Origin: a virus
IMG/VR virus record: IMGVR_UViG_3300027833_001604
Location: 32,001-96,000 of that record
Strand: one strand, 5' to 3'
Length of the DNA stretch: 64,000 bases
The position numbers were made by a program, and so were the translations under genes. Below, one piece after another: positions 29,176 through 39,436 of the stretch. Every line of letters begins with the position of its first letter. Positions within the stretch are counted from its first letter, which is position 1. The notes beneath the pieces were generated by a model that searched no databases, was not told the DNA's origin, and saw nothing but the letters and a program-made list of their open reading frames with translations.

Positions 29176-30383
29176 TAGTAAGGTATATACTCTATTTTAT
29201 CTTTATACTCTGCTTCACACAAAGTTTTTAATCTGCGTATGCATGGCTCGTTAAAATCAAAGCCACGTATTTTCCAAATATGTTTTAGGTTAGCCAAATA
29301 AGCTGCACTGAAATCTTCAGCACCGTTTGGCTTACACATATCTTCTACTAGTTTTTTCATCTTGTTAACACGGTTAGGATTGATAACCGTTTCATTATAC
29401 TGATAACGAAATGCGTCTAGTAGTTTTTCTTTAAACCAATCAGGCCAGTGTGTAACACTAAGGTTGTTTGGTTCGTATACTGTTTGTAGTATAACATTAT
29501 TTACTTTCTTTACACTGCGGGCCCAAACAACAAAGTCAAACAAGTATAGTATATTCATAATACTAATTGTGCATGCTATATTAACTTTAACTTTGTCTGG
29601 ATACTCTTGCTTAAATGCCAGCCACTTGTCTAGTGTATCTTCTATCTTTTCCCACTTGCTAGGATAACGTATCATGTCATTAAGTTTACCATGTGCGTCA
29701 ATACTCATGCTAAGTGTAAGTTCTTTGAATTGAAACAATGCATCATATTCTGCTTTCTTTGGCCAAAATGTGCAATTGCTAAAAATTTCCATATGTATCT
29801 GTGGAGCCAATCCTGCGTCTGCAAGTCTTAAAACAAACTTCATAAACTGTGGATGCAAGAATGGTTCACCACCTGTAACTTTCATATGCTTTAGATGTTT
29901 TAATGCATCCAAGTCAATTGAATCAAAATCTACAACTTGATTCTTTTTTAGTTTAGTAATCAAGTCAATTGCTGCTTGTGAGTTTTTGTTAAACTTCAAG
30001 TAGTCGTCATCCCAATTGTGACTAAACTCTGGTCCACATGTTTGACATGTTAAGTTGCATAATCTACCCACTGTAATTTCTAAATACTCTAAACGCACCT
30101 CATCAGTAAAGTCTGTAAAGAACTCATCTGCTTCAGTTCTCATACTGCTACCTTTGGTTTCCTCATCAGCTTTACATTTGTAGCAACCAGGGTGCCATTC
30201 ATTACGCATCATAGTTTCACGTATGTCAGTGAACATCTCACCATACACGTTAACATGTTCCTTGTCGCTTTCTTCTAGAAACCTATCATGGAATCTACAA
30301 CAAGGTGTAGTTGGAACACCATGCATAATCATACCCGCTTTAAACGGATATGCACATGCGTTTTTAGGTAGTTGTTTAGACAT
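29175..30383 (-). CDS. N-terminal Twitch-domain radical SAM protein
   Basis: 'CAYPF..PCC..CYKC', CNLTCQTC, 'TGGEPF'. Confidence 0.9.
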   Translation of the reverse strand: MSKQLPKNACAYPFKAGMIMHGVPTTPCCRFHDRFLEESDKEHVNVYGEMFTDIRETMMRNEWHPGCYKCKADEETKGSSMRTEADEFFTDFTDEVRLEYLEITVGRLCNLTCQTCGPEFSHNWDDDYLKFNKNSQAAIDLITKLKKNQVVDFDSIDLDALKHLKHMKVTGGEPFLHPQFMKFVLRLADAGLAPQIHMEIFSNCTFWPKKAEYDALFQFKELTLSMSIDAHGKLNDMIRYPSKWEKIEDTLDKWLAFKQEYPDKVKVNIACTISIMNILYLFDFVVWARSVKKVNNVILQTVYEPNNLSVTHWPDWFKEKLLDAFRYQYNETVINPNRVNKMKKLVEDMCKPNGAEDFSAAYLANLKHIWKIRGFDFNEPCIRRLKTLCEAEYKDKIEYIPY

Positions 30384-31369
30384 TAAAGCCAGGTACCCTT
30401 TTGTTTGTAGTTTTTAAGTGCATGTCTAATGTTTACTCTATTATACACGCCATCTTTTTTAAATCGTTTCCATTGTTCCGCCTCTGGTGCTTGTGCAATG
30501 TGTATTGTATTAGTTGGCTCAAGTCCGTAGTGTTCACATAGTTCTACGTGTTCTTTCATATACTTCTTAGGCATAGTGTCAGGGCTAAAATTTCTCATAA
30601 GCTCGTTTGCAATGCATACGTTTAAGTGAATACCATGCTTCCATTCTGTTTGCACTGCTAATGCGCCTTCGTTTAGTTTACTGAATACGATACCTGCACG
30701 CCAGTTACCACAGCTAAGACCTTTTGTAGTGCTGAATGCAACCATCTTAATACACTTTCTATCAAGGTTAATTTCAATACCGTGACATGTTCCAAACCAA
30801 GCCATGTCTACAAATACAGGAATGTCGTTTGCATCACAGAAGTCTAACGACTCTTCCATCTTGCTATGCTTTGCACCAGTGCCACTAAATGGCAAACTAA
30901 TAAGCAATGCATCGCCTTTTTGCAATGGAGTGTCATCAATGTAACGATGGCTTAACCATTCTTCGCCTAGGATTGCGTCTCTATTGTATGGATACTCTCC
31001 ACGGAACATACGGAACTCACGTCCATTTTGTAAACACCAGTAGTGCCACCAATCCATTCCTTGTGTAGTTCCTAGGCTTACAAACCTATTTGGATAACTA
31101 CGTAAGCCTTCAATTTTATTTAACTTACTGCTTTCAATCCAATCTGGATACAATTCTAAATATGCATCACATTCGTCTTGCATACTAAAGATATCCATGT
31201 TGCCAAACACATGTTCAACTACATGATCATAAAACGGCATATTCCAAATACTGTTGCCGTTTGTTTCAAAAATTTCAGTTAGCTTTTTTGCTTCTTCTAC
31301 ATTAAGATGATCGAACGGACTATAGTGCGGTGTCATCTCGGTTCTGCTTGTTACTTTTTCATTCTTCAT
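30383..31369 (-). CDS. PLP-dependent fold-type I enzyme (aminotransferase-like)
   Basis: 'VFVDMAW' (DxA) and 'FSTTKGL..WRAG' (SxxK..RxG). Confidence 0.75.
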   Translation of the reverse strand: MKNEKVTSRTEMTPHYSPFDHLNVEEAKKLTEIFETNGNSIWNMPFYDHVVEHVFGNMDIFSMQDECDAYLELYPDWIESSKLNKIEGLRSYPNRFVSLGTTQGMDWWHYWCLQNGREFRMFRGEYPYNRDAILGEEWLSHRYIDDTPLQKGDALLISLPFSGTGAKHSKMEESLDFCDANDIPVFVDMAWFGTCHGIEINLDRKCIKMVAFSTTKGLSCGNWRAGIVFSKLNEGALAVQTEWKHGIHLNVCIANELMRNFSPDTMPKKYMKEHVELCEHYGLEPTNTIHIAQAPEAEQWKRFKKDGVYNRVNIRHALKNYKQKGTWL

Positions 31370-31946
31370 AATCTAAATCCCTTAATAAAACTTCTTTCCA
31401 ACGCTCACCGTCAAAGAATAATAATTTTGCACGAGTTGAATTGACTTCCATATAAGAAGCTAGTGTTCCTGCTCCTACGGAATGATCCATTTTATCAGCA
31501 TTGTATATGTTATGTAATCGCACCGGTGCATTAATATCTACCTGTTTTGCGGATGCATTAACAACTACTTTAACATCTCTGTCGTTAAGTGATTTTGGAG
31601 TTCCAACCACAAGTTGAGCTTCGTGATATTTACTTGTTCTATATACACCTCTAAAAGCTGCGGTTGTAACTGTAATACTTTTCTCATTGTCTACTTCAAG
31701 TGAGTTTGATATACCAAAGTATATTTGTTGTCCTACATTATCTTCAAAGTTTCCGTTAATTGCTGAATAGTCATGTAATATTCCTCTAAACAAATCTTCA
31801 TTGTTTTCACTTGGAATTTTATCCCATCGCATATTTGTTTGTAATGGGTAATCAAACGAGTTAAAATCGGTTTTATGGTTCTCAAACTTTTCTATATCAA
31901 CTGGCTTAATTTTTTTGTGTGTGTGACGTGCTGGTGTAAAATTCAT
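31359..31946 (-). CDS. hypothetical protein
   Basis: 195-aa ORF coupled on both sides. Confidence 0.7.
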   Translation of the reverse strand: MNFTPARHTHKKIKPVDIEKFENHKTDFNSFDYPLQTNMRWDKIPSENNEDLFRGILHDYSAINGNFEDNVGQQIYFGISNSLEVDNEKSITVTTAAFRGVYRTSKYHEAQLVVGTPKSLNDRDVKVVVNASAKQVDINAPVRLHNIYNADKMDHSVGAGTLASYMEVNSTRAKLLFFDGERWKEVLLRDLDYEE

Positions 31947-33196
31947 TTGTAATTCTTCATTTCTGGTATACTGTTAAATGTATCGGTGTTTCTAAGTCTG
32001 TCTAGATCCTTGGTATATTTTAAAAACCAATCCCAATACTTGCTTGCTTCGTCTTCATCTACTTCTCGCCCAAGTCCTGCACGTATATCGTCTATGCCTG
32101 TCTGGTATTCAAACATGTCAACTCTACTATTGCTGATAGGCCACATTTCCATACTTGGTATGTGTTCCATTTTCTCTAATGCTTTGTTTTTTAGTTCTCG
32201 TGGCATATGTGCTATATTTAAATATGCTGGTGTTACTACAACATTTGTCATACTTATACTAGCACGTTTTCTGTGATTTGTATAGAACCAATCCCATACT
32301 TTATCTAAATTAAATATGTTTGTAGTCATTACTGTTACTGCAAATGTAATTTCAATGTTATCTTCTGCATAAAACTTTGCTAAATTATCATTTAAGTCAT
32401 CCCAAGAATAATTATCACCACCACGTATAACACTGTATAAATCATCTGTTGCTTCAATACTAATTAACAGTTCGATGTGTTTAAACTCTTTGAATATTTC
32501 TTTAAACCTATCTTCAAATACTGTTCCGTTGGTGCTGATGTCTAGTGCAACATTTTTAGCAATGCCGTTGTCAACAAACCATTTTAGCACTTCGTAACAA
32601 CGCTCGTCATACAATGGCTCACCGCCACGTAGTGCAACCCACTGTAAATTCTTAAAGTATTCTGGGTTAGCAAACAAGTTATCCATAAAGCCTAGTTCTT
32701 TAACACCGTTGAATCCAATTGGTTGTTCTGTCCAATACTCTGGCATTTCTTTGTTTAGTGATTTGCCATCTTTAGTCCAACCTGTTGATACAAACGGTCC
32801 ACAATGAATACATGCTAGGTTACACTTGTTGCTAAGTGTAAAGTCTAAGTATCTAATATCTGGTGTGCTGTCTACATCTAGTGTTTCACTTTCCATACGT
32901 AAATCATAATCTAGTTTATCCCAGAAATACATACGTCTGCTACGTCCACTTTTTTCCTTCTTTGCACAGTTGGCACAACTAGGTGGAATTTGTCTATTGC
33001 GATGACTCTCACGTAATGCACGATAGTCTGGGCCTTCCCATATTTCTTTTAGGGTGTAGTCATTGATGTTACCTAACTTGTCTTTGTAGATAATATCAGG
33101 AACAACATTACCGCCCCACTTAATAGTCAATGCATGCCACGGTGCTATACACGTAGGCAAATTTTTCATATCTAAGAATTTATTTCTATACGCCAC
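31943..33196 (-). CDS. N-terminal Twitch-domain radical SAM protein (degenerate Twitch)
   Basis: 'CIAPW..VVPD..CANC' (PD replaces PCC), CNLACIHC, 'RGGEP', 'STNGT'. Confidence 0.9.
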   Translation of the reverse strand: MAYRNKFLDMKNLPTCIAPWHALTIKWGGNVVPDIIYKDKLGNINDYTLKEIWEGPDYRALRESHRNRQIPPSCANCAKKEKSGRSRRMYFWDKLDYDLRMESETLDVDSTPDIRYLDFTLSNKCNLACIHCGPFVSTGWTKDGKSLNKEMPEYWTEQPIGFNGVKELGFMDNLFANPEYFKNLQWVALRGGEPLYDERCYEVLKWFVDNGIAKNVALDISTNGTVFEDRFKEIFKEFKHIELLISIEATDDLYSVIRGGDNYSWDDLNDNLAKFYAEDNIEITFAVTVMTTNIFNLDKVWDWFYTNHRKRASISMTNVVVTPAYLNIAHMPRELKNKALEKMEHIPSMEMWPISNSRVDMFEYQTGIDDIRAGLGREVDEDEASKYWDWFLKYTKDLDRLRNTDTFNSIPEMKNYK

Positions 33197-34250
33197 ATTC
33201 TACTCCACATATATTTTGACATTGTTTCCAGCTACCACTATTTAATGCATCATTTAAATTTCCAGTAAACCAGTCATTTGATAATACCTGAGGTAGGCTA
33301 TATTTTTTAAGAGAATTTTCTACTCTTGCTTCAATAAAACTTGCATCAACAAGTTCTATAGGATTATGTGATGCAGTATCTACACCAAATAAACTTGTGT
33401 GGCAACAAGGCCATACAACACCCCATGGATCAATTTGCACTTCTCTATCATTATACCAAGGGCATACTGTTTTACCTTCAAGTTTTTGTTTAAATTCTAA
33501 TTGGTTCTGTGTATATTGATGGATGTTATAATCTCTATTATCACTCATGTTCCATTTGTTGTCAAAGTCTAGATTCTGTTCATCGTATTCATCTATGTCA
33601 TAACATGCATGTATTCTGTATGAATCTTTGCCTAAATCAACTAACAAGTTATCACCATGACTGTGTCTCATTTGAAAGCGAAGTGCATTAACTTCCCATG
33701 CAAGTTCTTCTACTTGTTTGACTTGATGCTTATTGTGTTCAAACAGTGTCATAGTAACACTGGCTCTTCCGCCTACACTTGTAAATGCTTTTATGTTTTC
33801 TACAATTTTATTAAAGTCTGTTTTTCTGCGATATATAGCATGTGTATCTTCCATTCCATCTACTGCAAATACAACCAAATGATTTGTAAATCTTTTACAT
33901 ATTGATCCCATGTCAGTCCAAAACTTTTTAGTTCTCATACTTCCATTTGTATGTAAGTATAAACAAGTTTCTGGGTGATATGTAGTCCATATGTCAAGCA
34001 TTTCTACTAATTTTGGATGCATCATTGGATCACCCCAATTACCATTTAATGTTAGTTTTCCGATAAACCATCCGTGTGTATCTTTACTAGCAAGACGTTC
34101 CCATACTTCCATGTCGAAGTGTTCAAGTATTAATTCATCCTTAACTTCATCACCGTCTTTGTTTCGCACACAAGCACCACATCTTGCATTACAAAAACTA
34201 GTAATGTCAATTTGTAAATTGGTTACTTCCTTGGCCCATCTGAATTTCAT
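33186..34250 (-). CDS. Radical SAM protein with C-terminal SPASM/Twitch domain
   Basis: CNARCGAC, 'GNWGDPMMHP', C-terminal 'CPW..IDPWGVVWPCC..CQNIC'. Confidence 0.9.
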   Translation of the reverse strand: MKFRWAKEVTNLQIDITSFCNARCGACVRNKDGDEVKDELILEHFDMEVWERLASKDTHGWFIGKLTLNGNWGDPMMHPKLVEMLDIWTTYHPETCLYLHTNGSMRTKKFWTDMGSICKRFTNHLVVFAVDGMEDTHAIYRRKTDFNKIVENIKAFTSVGGRASVTMTLFEHNKHQVKQVEELAWEVNALRFQMRHSHGDNLLVDLGKDSYRIHACYDIDEYDEQNLDFDNKWNMSDNRDYNIHQYTQNQLEFKQKLEGKTVCPWYNDREVQIDPWGVVWPCCHTSLFGVDTASHNPIELVDASFIEARVENSLKKYSLPQVLSNDWFTGNLNDALNSGSWKQCQNICGVECGV

Positions 34251-34253
34251 GTA

Positions 34254-35342
34254 TTAGATATACTTCTTATTTGTAATGTAATCGTGGCAGTCGCCTTCAC
34301 GCACCATATCACTTGTTAAACAATGGATTCCACCGTCCCAAAAGTATTGGTGTCTAAAACGCCATACAATAGGCTCAATACCATGTGCTTCCATTCTACG
34401 AAATGCATCATCATTTCTGCCTGTGCAAATAACTGTATTCTCATCTAGTGATAATACATTAACATCAAATACACTTTCGTCTGCATATCCAACCCAATGT
34501 CCTAACCATTTTTGAACATACTCTTTATAGTATCTACGCTTACGAGTATCTAAAAAGTCCTGTGGCATTTCGTGGTCGTCATCAACTTCAATAATGTCCC
34601 AATCTTTAAATTCTTCTGGAACCCACTTTTTGTTCCATGTCATTAATACACCTGGTCTAAGTAATGCAATTTTACCATCTGCATGCCCGCCTGTTTTAAT
34701 CTCAAGGAACTTGGTGTCTGGATAACGTTGTGTAATTTCACGTTTCATCCACTCTTTACCAAGCAGTGTGCCTTTACCTTTTTTGTTATCTTCTTCCCAT
34801 GCTTGTGAAAACAAAATGTGACGTCCACATTTTATCATGTTAGCCGCATGGTATAAAACTTTTTGTTCTTCTGAGTATGTATCATACCCAATTCCGCCAC
34901 GCACCATTGCACCCGGCATTGAAACCCAATCGGCTCCATTTTTAAACAACTCTACCATATGATCGTAATATGCTAGGTTCTCAAAGTATCTATTGTCGCC
35001 ACCTGTAAAACATTCAAATACTGAATTACCATATGGCATTAGTGTATCACGTGGCATTAGTGGGTGGTTGGGAAATCCACAACTCATCCAAGGTAATTGG
35101 ATTTGTTCTTCACCATTAATAGTGAAAATATTGTTAGGGCGTAATACTTCGATGCCCCTGTCTTCTAATAGTTTTGCAAGGACTTCAATGTCCTCTTGTG
35201 TTTCCGTAAAGATTTGACGCATAGTTTCACGTGTTTCAGGATCCTTGTGCCAATCAAATGTTTCTGGTGGGAATGGAGCGCCAAGTATAACCTTCTTCAA
35301 AGGTTGAAACTCAGTCCATGCATTAACTGCCGGTGTAGTCAT
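34254..35342 (-). CDS. Amidinotransferase (glycine/inosamine-phosphate amidinotransferase family)
   Basis: 'VNAWTEFQPLK', 'PRD', catalytic His 'HAD', C-terminal 'GGIHCLT' catalytic Cys. Confidence 0.88.
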   Translation of the reverse strand: MTTPAVNAWTEFQPLKKVILGAPFPPETFDWHKDPETRETMRQIFTETQEDIEVLAKLLEDRGIEVLRPNNIFTINGEEQIQLPWMSCGFPNHPLMPRDTLMPYGNSVFECFTGGDNRYFENLAYYDHMVELFKNGADWVSMPGAMVRGGIGYDTYSEEQKVLYHAANMIKCGRHILFSQAWEEDNKKGKGTLLGKEWMKREITQRYPDTKFLEIKTGGHADGKIALLRPGVLMTWNKKWVPEEFKDWDIIEVDDDHEMPQDFLDTRKRRYYKEYVQKWLGHWVGYADESVFDVNVLSLDENTVICTGRNDDAFRRMEAHGIEPIVWRFRHQYFWDGGIHCLTSDMVREGDCHDYITNKKYI

Positions 35343-35364
35343 AAAAAAGCCTCTTTCATTTTTG

Positions 35365-35380
35365 TATAAATATATTTATC
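35365..35380. promoter_or_regulatory. back-to-back late-promoter motifs
   Basis: TATAAATA on + (35365-72) and GATAAATA on - (35373-80) form the palindrome ATAAATATATTTAT. Confidence 0.5.
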
Positions 35381-35427
35381 CATATTAACATAGCTGTTAA
35401 TTGTAAGCACAATTTCGATTAATACAA

Positions 35428-35456
35428 TTGACATAATGCCAATTATAATATATACT
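35428..35456 (+). promoter_or_regulatory. sigma70 promoter
   Basis: TTGACA-N17-TATACT before the + strand island. Confidence 0.7.
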
Positions 35457-35481
35457 TGTTATAAACCAAAGGAGAATAACT

Positions 35482-36318
35482 ATGACACGAATTGCACTAG
35501 ACAAAGACCATGCAAGTGAAATCACTATACATGAATTTGACGCTGCTAATATACATAGTATAGCACACTCTGAAGAATTATACAAGTCTTTTGAGAGCGG
35601 TTGGCCGGTAGTAATTAAGAATTTAGTTATTCCAGGGGTAGACTATGATTATTATGATGGTCTCGATGATTGGGTTATTAAAGATAACAAATGGATTATG
35701 CCCTGGTATAACAGTCATATTAAAAAACGTGATCGATTACGTGATGAACGTAACTGGACAGAAGAACAAATAGACTTATTTCATAAGAAGCACAAACAGG
35801 CCAACAATGGATGGAACGAAGTGTTTGATCAATTGTTCCCACGTTATGATGCACCAGAGCGTATGCTTAGTCATAGATACAATATGCTAGTTGAAAACAA
35901 ATTACACATTGATGAACTAGATGAACAACACACTGGTAACGAACAACAAATTCGTATGTTTGTAAACTTAGACAAAAAGCGTCCACGTGTATTAACATTT
36001 GGTCCAGATTTAGAACAAATGTGGTATAAGTATAAAGACGAATTTAACTTAGAAGAATTAGACAAAACAAATATACATACGTTTATTAGTGAAATGCGTA
36101 ATCGTTGTGTATGGAATGATAAAAAATGGGATCAATTCCATCATCCATTACACTACATTACATTTGATCCTGGTGACGTTTGGTTCTTTAATGCACAATG
36201 GATTACACATCAAATTGTATTTGGTGCAAAGTTACAATGCTTCGAAGCAGACATTATGAATCATAGTTTATTAGAGCCAGAACTATGTATGGCAGAAAGG
36301 GTGAAGAACCTTGAGTGA
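35482..36318 (+). CDS. Kdo-hydroxylase (KdoO)-like 2OG-Fe(II) oxygenase
   Basis: 'LHIDE..IRMFVNLD..PRV..FDPGDVWFF..HQIVFG'. Confidence 0.6.
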   Translation: MTRIALDKDHASEITIHEFDAANIHSIAHSEELYKSFESGWPVVIKNLVIPGVDYDYYDGLDDWVIKDNKWIMPWYNSHIKKRDRLRDERNWTEEQIDLFHKKHKQANNGWNEVFDQLFPRYDAPERMLSHRYNMLVENKLHIDELDEQHTGNEQQIRMFVNLDKKRPRVLTFGPDLEQMWYKYKDEFNLEELDKTNIHTFISEMRNRCVWNDKKWDQFHHPLHYITFDPGDVWFFNAQWITHQIVFGAKLQCFEADIMNHSLLEPELCMAERVKNLE

Positions 36319-37327
36319 TATACAACACACAATAATCGAAAACTACTTGCCGAAACAATTATTCAACAAGTATTATAAAGAATATCCAGTAGATTGGATT
36401 AAAGAATATTGTAGTGACCCTACTGTAAGTGAACACGACAGTAGTTTATATGGAAACTATAGTGCTCCTACTGAATTATACGATCCAGATTTAATAGCAT
36501 GGGTTAAGCAACAACTACCAGCTATTAAATTAGATGCAGTTGGCCGTGAAGTAACACACGACCATTTTTATACTAATTTTCATTACGATGAACGGGGCAG
36601 TTGGTTAGAGGAACACAACGACTTAAAAGATATGCGTTGGTTAGTTACAAGCCAAATATACATGTGTAACAATCAAGGTGCAAGATTATTAGATAGGCAG
36701 TTAGAAGTTACAAAACAAATTCCATGCCATCCTAATTTATTTTATAGTATTGTTGCGGATCCTTGGAGCTGGCATGATGTGCCAGAAGTAAACAACCATA
36801 AAAGAAGTATACTATTTCGTGTAGGTAAACGTAGGCATAGCACTATTGCACACCCAGATGATGAGAATGATACTGCTTATATTATATACAACAACTTCCA
36901 AAAAGACAGACACTATGCAAAGTTAGGACCACGTATGGGCAATCTAACTGAAGCACATCTACATAGTTTAGGTGCTAAAAACATAATGCATACTGCATGG
37001 CGTAGTGAAGAAAGTCTACAAAGAAACATAAAGAAAGCCTTACAGCGTCATACACGGGTGGTTATTGTGCTGAGTGGATACTTAGTGCCTAGCTTAACGA
37101 TCACCGATAATACCGCACTACAGACGCTTACAGACGCTAATACGCCGGTGAATTTAGATGAAAATGTTGAGATTGCGGAGTATTTCCGTGTAACAGATGC
37201 TAACATAGACGACTATGCAGACTGCGTATTTTCCGATTTAAGCGGTGATCATGTGTTAGCTGAAGCTGAGCAAGTAATGTATACTTACTACAAAAATAAG
37301 CTACATTTGAACTACGTAGACTTGTAG
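36311..37327 (+). CDS. 2OG-Fe(II) oxygenase-like two-domain protein
   Basis: 'EHND..SQIY..SWHDV..RSI'; paralog of 6425..7687. Confidence 0.65.
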   Translation: MSDIQHTIIENYLPKQLFNKYYKEYPVDWIKEYCSDPTVSEHDSSLYGNYSAPTELYDPDLIAWVKQQLPAIKLDAVGREVTHDHFYTNFHYDERGSWLEEHNDLKDMRWLVTSQIYMCNNQGARLLDRQLEVTKQIPCHPNLFYSIVADPWSWHDVPEVNNHKRSILFRVGKRRHSTIAHPDDENDTAYIIYNNFQKDRHYAKLGPRMGNLTEAHLHSLGAKNIMHTAWRSEESLQRNIKKALQRHTRVVIVLSGYLVPSLTITDNTALQTLTDANTPVNLDENVEIAEYFRVTDANIDDYADCVFSDLSGDHVLAEAEQVMYTYYKNKLHLNYVDL

Positions 37328-38181
37328 ATACTAGTAATTGCAGGTGTTATTTCATTGGCTAGCAATTTGTTGCCTACGTGATTAAGATGCTGACATTCAC
37401 ACATGGCTCTGGGTGGCAAATTCTTTCTTTCAGTCCATATTAGACGACAGTCAAATATATCTAACCATTCACCATATATCTCTTGTATAAAATCTACATT
37501 ATCATACCAGTAGGTTTTATGTTTAAATTTGACTGTGCCATCAACTAGTAACCATGCAAACTTTATTTGTTTATTGTTTATATTTGTTACTATATTCTTA
37601 ATTGATTGTATTATTGTTGCATCATTGAAACTAGAACCAGGTGTAGCACATTCCTCTGCCCATCTATATTCTATTACTTCACGCGGCAGATGTGGTATTT
37701 CCCATTCATGCCGAAGGTTTTCAATTGGTTGCGGTCCAGCTATTCTAAACATTTTATCAAATGTTGATCGTCCTGCTGGAATGTCTGGATGTTTATGTGT
37801 TGGATCATACATGATTGATTGTGCAATTGACATATTACGCCATTCACTTTCGGGATCCATTAAATCATTAAAAGGATTGCCGTCAACATCTTTATTAAAA
37901 CGCACTTGGTGTCCACCAAATCTAGGTTCTAATACAACCATTTTACAATGCTCGGTGAATACGTTTAAACGTAACAGTTCGTTGATAACCTGTAGTAATC
38001 CTAAATTATCTATTCCAGGATATCCTAATGATAATACTTCTACTCCAAGTTTTTTTGCTACGAAATGACTGTATCTACTACTCTCTGGTAAACGTTTCTG
38101 ATCACATTGTCCAAATGTATGACTGGTTCCTATAAAGAGAATAAAATCTTTAGTTGGAACATTAATCTGCTTTTGTATCAT
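37312..38181 (-). CDS. SGNH/GDSL-like hydrolase or acyltransferase
   Basis: 'FIGTSHTFG', 'LGYPGIDN', C-terminal 'HLNHVGNKLLA'. Confidence 0.7.
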   Translation of the reverse strand: MIQKQINVPTKDFILFIGTSHTFGQCDQKRLPESSRYSHFVAKKLGVEVLSLGYPGIDNLGLLQVINELLRLNVFTEHCKMVVLEPRFGGHQVRFNKDVDGNPFNDLMDPESEWRNMSIAQSIMYDPTHKHPDIPAGRSTFDKMFRIAGPQPIENLRHEWEIPHLPREVIEYRWAEECATPGSSFNDATIIQSIKNIVTNINNKQIKFAWLLVDGTVKFKHKTYWYDNVDFIQEIYGEWLDIFDCRLIWTERKNLPPRAMCECQHLNHVGNKLLANEITPAITSIYKST

Positions 38182-39436
38182 TTTTTATTCTCTCAAACTC
38201 AGGAGCAACACTCATTACATCATGTCCACGAAAGATATCGTAGTTGTTTGTTATTTCAATATACTGTTTCATTATAGCTGGATTGTATACATGATCTGAA
38301 TCTTTACCAAAGTTTACCATTTCCATTAAAGGTTCTTCATAGTCTTCAAAATGTGGACTATTCTTAATCTCTTCCAAAAATTCTAACACTTGTGCTTCTT
38401 GTTCATCACGTAACCACTGTGGGCTATGTGCCATGCTATAGTATTGTGGTTCAACTAATTGGTTGGTGCTCATGCCAATTCCCTTGTCATTCATGCATTG
38501 GTATTCATGCATGTATCTCCAAAAGTCTACAATATGTAATGCATTGTGTATTTGGTTTACTGTTGTTACTCGAACTTTAATACGTTTACCAGCTTTAGTA
38601 TTACTAAACTTAACTAGCTTATCAAAGTTCTTCCAAACAGAAGCCCACTTGGAAGGCGGACGCAAATAATCATTCATGTCACCCATGCCTTCCAAGGAGC
38701 AGTTTACAATCACTTTTTCGAACTTCCCTAATTGTTCTAACCAACGATCTTGCATGTTAGTGATATTGGTATAGAAACTAAGTTCGATGTGATCAGCGTG
38801 TCCGGTTTCTACGGCCATATTTAAGAGTTTAAACATGTCGGGAGCCACAGTTGGCTCGCCACCGATTAGTTTTATTTTACGAGCTTTCCCTATCATTTCC
38901 TCAAAGCTCGCCCAGTCTATTCCAGGTTGAAGAAGAGCCTGCTTCTTGTCTGCAATGTTGGCATGCCAGTCGGGATGGTTCGCTCCGAGTCCGCTTTGCA
39001 CCATTGTCGCACGTTCCACACTCACTAAGTGAGATGCTTCTTTATTGCACATTTGGCACTGTAAGTTGCACAAATTGCCAAGCCTGAAATCAAATTGTAA
39101 AGGTTGTTCAACCTCCCAATCATTAACGGAAGCGTCAGCAACCACTTCGTCAATTACGTCTTCCCACACTTCGTTTTCCCATTGTCTGCTGCTGACAATG
39201 TTATTGCGTTCCAAATGTAAACATTCACTACATTCAGGTAACCATTCACCGTTGGTCATGCGTTTACGAACATCTTTAATGTAATCGTGATTCCATGTTC
39301 CATCGATGCCTAGTTCTTCTTGGTTAACTAGTTCTGTGGGTTCTTTGGCCATGCAACATAACCTATATCGTCCGCCATTATAAGTGCTATATTGGACAAA
39401 TGGTAATGCACAGAAGCCGTTTTCTTTATTTTCCAT
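38162..39436 (-). CDS. N-terminal Twitch-domain radical SAM protein
   Basis: 'FCALPF..RLCC..CSEC', CNLQCQMC, 'IGGEPT', 'YTN'. Confidence 0.92.
   Translation of the reverse strand: MENKENGFCALPFVQYSTYNGGRYRLCCMAKEPTELVNQEELGIDGTWNHDYIKDVRKRMTNGEWLPECSECLHLERNNIVSSRQWENEVWEDVIDEVVADASVNDWEVEQPLQFDFRLGNLCNLQCQMCNKEASHLVSVERATMVQSGLGANHPDWHANIADKKQALLQPGIDWASFEEMIGKARKIKLIGGEPTVAPDMFKLLNMAVETGHADHIELSFYTNITNMQDRWLEQLGKFEKVIVNCSLEGMGDMNDYLRPPSKWASVWKNFDKLVKFSNTKAGKRIKVRVTTVNQIHNALHIVDFWRYMHEYQCMNDKGIGMSTNQLVEPQYYSMAHSPQWLRDEQEAQVLEFLEEIKNSPHFEDYEEPLMEMVNFGKDSDHVYNPAIMKQYIEITNNYDIFRGHDVMSVAPEFERIKNDTKAD

Noticed and set aside
37119-37138. 10-bp tandem repeat TACAGACGCT x2 inside an oxygenase gene
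   Set aside because: Only two copies and the ORF remains open; no evidence for phase variation.
37529-38068. 179-aa antisense ORF and the many other 60-130 aa opposite-strand ORFs in the track
   Set aside because: They lie fully antisense to well-supported genes, lack RBS or motifs, and have shadow-ORF composition.
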